From Klebsormidium nitens (taxonomy: Eukaryota; Plantae; Klebsormidiophyceae), in contig DF237031.1 of the NCBI GenBank assembly GCA_000708835.1, forward strand, positions 1 to 64,000: a stretch of DNA of 64,000 nucleotides. Direction: 5' to 3'. The stretch's first letter is position 1, and each line of letters begins with the position of its first letter. A model generated the notes under the pieces. The model was not told the DNA's origin and made no database searches. It saw nothing but the letters and a program-made list of their open reading frames with translations. Shown piece by piece: positions 61,901 through 64,000 of the stretch. A program made the position numbers and the translations under genes.

Positions 61901-64000
61901 CGGTGACGAGACCCTTCCAAAACTTCGTCCGGAATGGTGACCATTATTTTCGTGACGCGGTACAAAATAGCTGCTGGCGTGAAAATCCCAAAGCCCGCGT
62001 TAAAAACGACCCGCCCGTGACCTAACAACTGCGTACCTTCCCCCCTTGAGCACTTCGTGGAAGCTCCACGTGAAGGCGCCGTTGGGCATCGCTTTGAAGC
62101 CGTAGCGGGGGATCCCCTTCCAGCCGCCGTCGATCTCGGTCGACATGAGCTCGAGGAAGACCAGCCGCCGTTGCGTTCGGACAAAGTGACGCATCAGAAC
62201 GTCACCAACTATCTGCAAATCAGAAGGGTGAGACAAACGCGTGAGATAGGTGACAAGCGTCCGTGAACTGGACTGACGTGTCTTCACGCGACTAAGTTGG
62301 TTGACAAGAGCTCGAGGAGGAATAGGAAGTGACCGCGACGCCTTCAGAAAGAGATGGCACGACGAACTGAAGCGTGCAAACTAAACAGGTTCTACGATTT
62401 AAGGGCTTGCTTAATTCGTCGATCGCGTCAACCGTGGATTGAAGGTGGGTAATGGTCCGCTACAGGTCTTCTACAAGTCAAGCCCGAAGGGTGGCTGAGA
62501 ATCCCATTCGCAAGCTTGCTTTTAGATGGAACCAATCATGGTGAGAAAAGTTGACTTGAGACACACCTTTTAGATGGAACCAATCATGGTGAGAAAAGTT
62601 GCCTTGAGACACACCCTTTAGATGGAACCAATCATGGTGAAAAAATTTGCCTGGAGACACACCGACGCAAATTCACGGCCGCTACCGCAACCAATAGCTC
62701 GCTTCTTGTTGATGGAGTGAAGGCCTGTCTTTGCACTCCTCTCTCTGTGAAGTTCGGCGTCCCTCAATACGCACTCAAACACAGCTTCAACTTACCATAA
62801 GATTGTAAGGACGCCTCAAACAGCCAGGGGCTTATAGACCTCGACTTCTTTGCAACGCTCAGCACACACCACTCGTTAGTGTCAACAAAGAAGGCTAGGG
62901 GGCAAGAGGAAGGCTTGACACTCACCATGATCACCGCGAGAAGACCAATCACGATCAGCGGGACCGGCGTCTTGTACGCCGACTTTAGATCGCTCAGGTC
63001 CGCAAAACTCAGCACGTACACGTCCGGCGGTGTGAATACGCCCGCGAAGTCCGTGAGATGAGTGCACGCGCAGTGGAGAGTCGCGTCGAATACGCAGCCT
63101 GGGCCTTGGAACCCTTGGGTGGTTTCGTTGAAGAAACACGCCTGGGTTGGTTCGGTGAGAGTGCACGGGAAGTCCGGCGAGACTGGGGTGAAGCGGCGGA
63201 ATCCGTTTCCGTTGGAGTCGACGAGGAGGAACTTGGATTCCTGGCAGTTGGTGCCGGTCAGGTCGATGGACCATAGGTCTTCGATCCTCTGCGAGAAAGT
63301 GCGGACAATCGATGTAAGGGGGTTGGAAACGGGTGTCTAATCAGTACGCACGGCTTGCAAATCCTTTTCAACTAGGTGATTGAGCGACCGGCCTTTCGAG
63401 AATCAACAAAGACAAAATCAGCTAATCAAGTCTGCTCCTATGATATGGTAGTGAGCAGACGTGTTTTGTATCCTCTTATTTTGACAAGATTTAAGTGACT
63501 CAAAGATTGAAGTCTTCGTAGATGAGTATGACGATGGGCAAAAAGAGGACTCCAGAGAATGGTAAAGATGAGGCGCCTTAGAGCAATCAACTACTTGGAA
63601 GGATTCAACAGTAGTTACGAACCGTCACAAGGGCACGTGAAAATTAGCACCACGGTCTGAAAGCGCAAATTAGGAGCGGAGTGACAAAGTCAAGGTTTTG
63701 TTTTCCCCTATTATTAAGCCTTTCTACAAGAGCTTTCAGATTACGTGGGAGAGCTTCTATGAAGTTGCTTGAAAGGACCTTAGATTTTTCACTTTTTCTC
63801 AAAAGGCCTCACCTGAGCTCCCTTCAGCGCTACGCCGTTGTTCTTCCAACTCGAGCTCCGCCCCGGGGGGCTTGGATTAGGCAGCGCCACGCACCCCTGC
63901 TTGGCGTAGCTCGGCGAGGGTGTGTTCGCACTGGTTTCATTGAAGTATTCACACCGCGCGCTGCTCCCCAGACCGCCCCTCGTACTCACACTGCTGACGT
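49913..64000 (-). CDS. Large GPS-motif, polycystin-1/REJ-like multi-pass membrane protein (3' part; 5' end beyond the window)
   Basis: Exons >64000-63813, 63288-62926, 62212-62037, 61297-60652, 60093-59874, 57781-57593, 55456-55245, 54494-54176, 53767-53558, 52819-52610, 51876-51311, 50612-49913. All phases fit if 82 nt are removed from the 54494-54176 exon. GPS motif CFFNETTQGFQGPGCVFDATLHCACTHLTDFA precedes a TM helix (PLIVIGLLAVIMIVG). Further hydrophobic helices lie at about 51700, 51380, 50330 and 50230. The acceptor at 61298 is weak. Confidence 0.8.
53030..53500 (-). repeat. Echoes of the 3' end and donor of exon 53767-53558
   Basis: About 115-nt copies (QP(I/V)PQ..LGFVSAKVAEAEQSIFA.K.WATVLG|GTGAG) end at 53382 and 53206 (spacing 176, 176), with a faint one near 53037. 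Confidence 0.92.
54327..55170 (-). repeat. Perfect 82-bp intra-exonic duplication plus four intronic echoes of the acceptor and 5' end of exon 54494-54176
   Basis: 54327-54408 is identical to 54409-54490. CAG|GT(G/T)CTGGATCT(T/C)CC copies start at 54665, 54844, 54992 and 55164 (spacing 171, 179, 148, 172). Confidence 0.95.
55545..57285 (-). repeat. At least seven echoes of the acceptor and 5' end of exon 55456-55245, interrupted by an assembly gap
   Basis: GCTGCCAA(T/C)GC..T.GTGGCCGG...GAGCGGCG.GGCGA.GAAGACATCA-like copies centred near 55593, 56473, 56651, 56805, 56962, 57125 and 57264 (real 55445). Confidence 0.9.
55668..56426. other. Assembly gap (N run)
   Basis: 759 consecutive N. Confidence 1.
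58150..59060 (-). repeat. About six decaying echoes of the 3' end and donor of exon 60093-59874
   Basis: Plus-strand CT(C/T)ACCTGGC...CAGTGCGCGCG..AGTCCGAGTG.AGGTCG copies with donor-equivalent positions at about 58999, 58820, 58665, 58480, 58335 and 58169. Confidence 0.8.
59133..59850. other. Assembly gap (N run)
   Basis: 718 consecutive N. Confidence 1.
60140..60430 (-). repeat. Echoes of the acceptor and 5' end of exon 60093-59874
   Basis: About 115-nt near-identical copy at 60145-60260 (TTCCACATCATCACCTTCAGCTTCTCCATGTA.GCGCGGAAGTCAACTAGGAGAGCGTGCTG) and a short remnant near 60405-60425. Confidence 0.88.
61360..61430 (+). repeat. Dispersed CCCTAAC-rich fragment related to the element at 17.15-17.40 kb
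   Basis: CACTAAAAACCCTAACCCAAAAAGGTACCTGCTCCGCACCCGTACCC vs 17290-17335 TACTAAAAACCTTAACCCAAAGGATCACCCGCTCCGCACACGTATCC. Confidence 0.65.
62519..62663. repeat. 48-bp tandem repeat, 3 copies, intronic
   Basis: TAGATGGAACCAATCATGGTGAGAAAAGTTG(A/C)CTTGAGACACACC(T/C)TT starts at 62523, 62571 and 62619. Confidence 0.95.

Overview
Eukaryotic, intron-rich, roughly 50-55% GC genomic DNA with two assembly gaps. Gene content, GC3-rich exons and intron style suggest a streptophyte green alga such as Klebsormidium (inference). Hand-built, phase-consistent gene models: the 3' end of an upstream gene (2-245), an amidase-signature amidase (+, 657-8582), a dynamin/Mx-like GTPase with a single 1-nt frameshift (-, 13736-17928), a secreted Cys-module plus Pro-rich GPI/AGP-like gene (-, 21116-22991) with a decayed paralogue at about 12.35-13.15 kb, a TCP11-family gene (-, 25305-35416), a secreted acetamidase/formamidase (+, 38656-47679), and the 3' part of a large GPS-motif, polycystin-1-like membrane protein (-, 49913 to beyond 64000). 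The most striking unexplained structure is in the introns of the four large genes. They are filled with decaying tandem 'echoes' of the adjacent exon-intron junction, spaced mostly 140-190 bp apart and diverging with distance from the real exon. One exon holds a perfect 82-bp duplication whose internal AG|GT would allow it to be spliced out as a brand-new intron. The palindrome TGACGTCA is also about 20-fold over-represented, including in exons.
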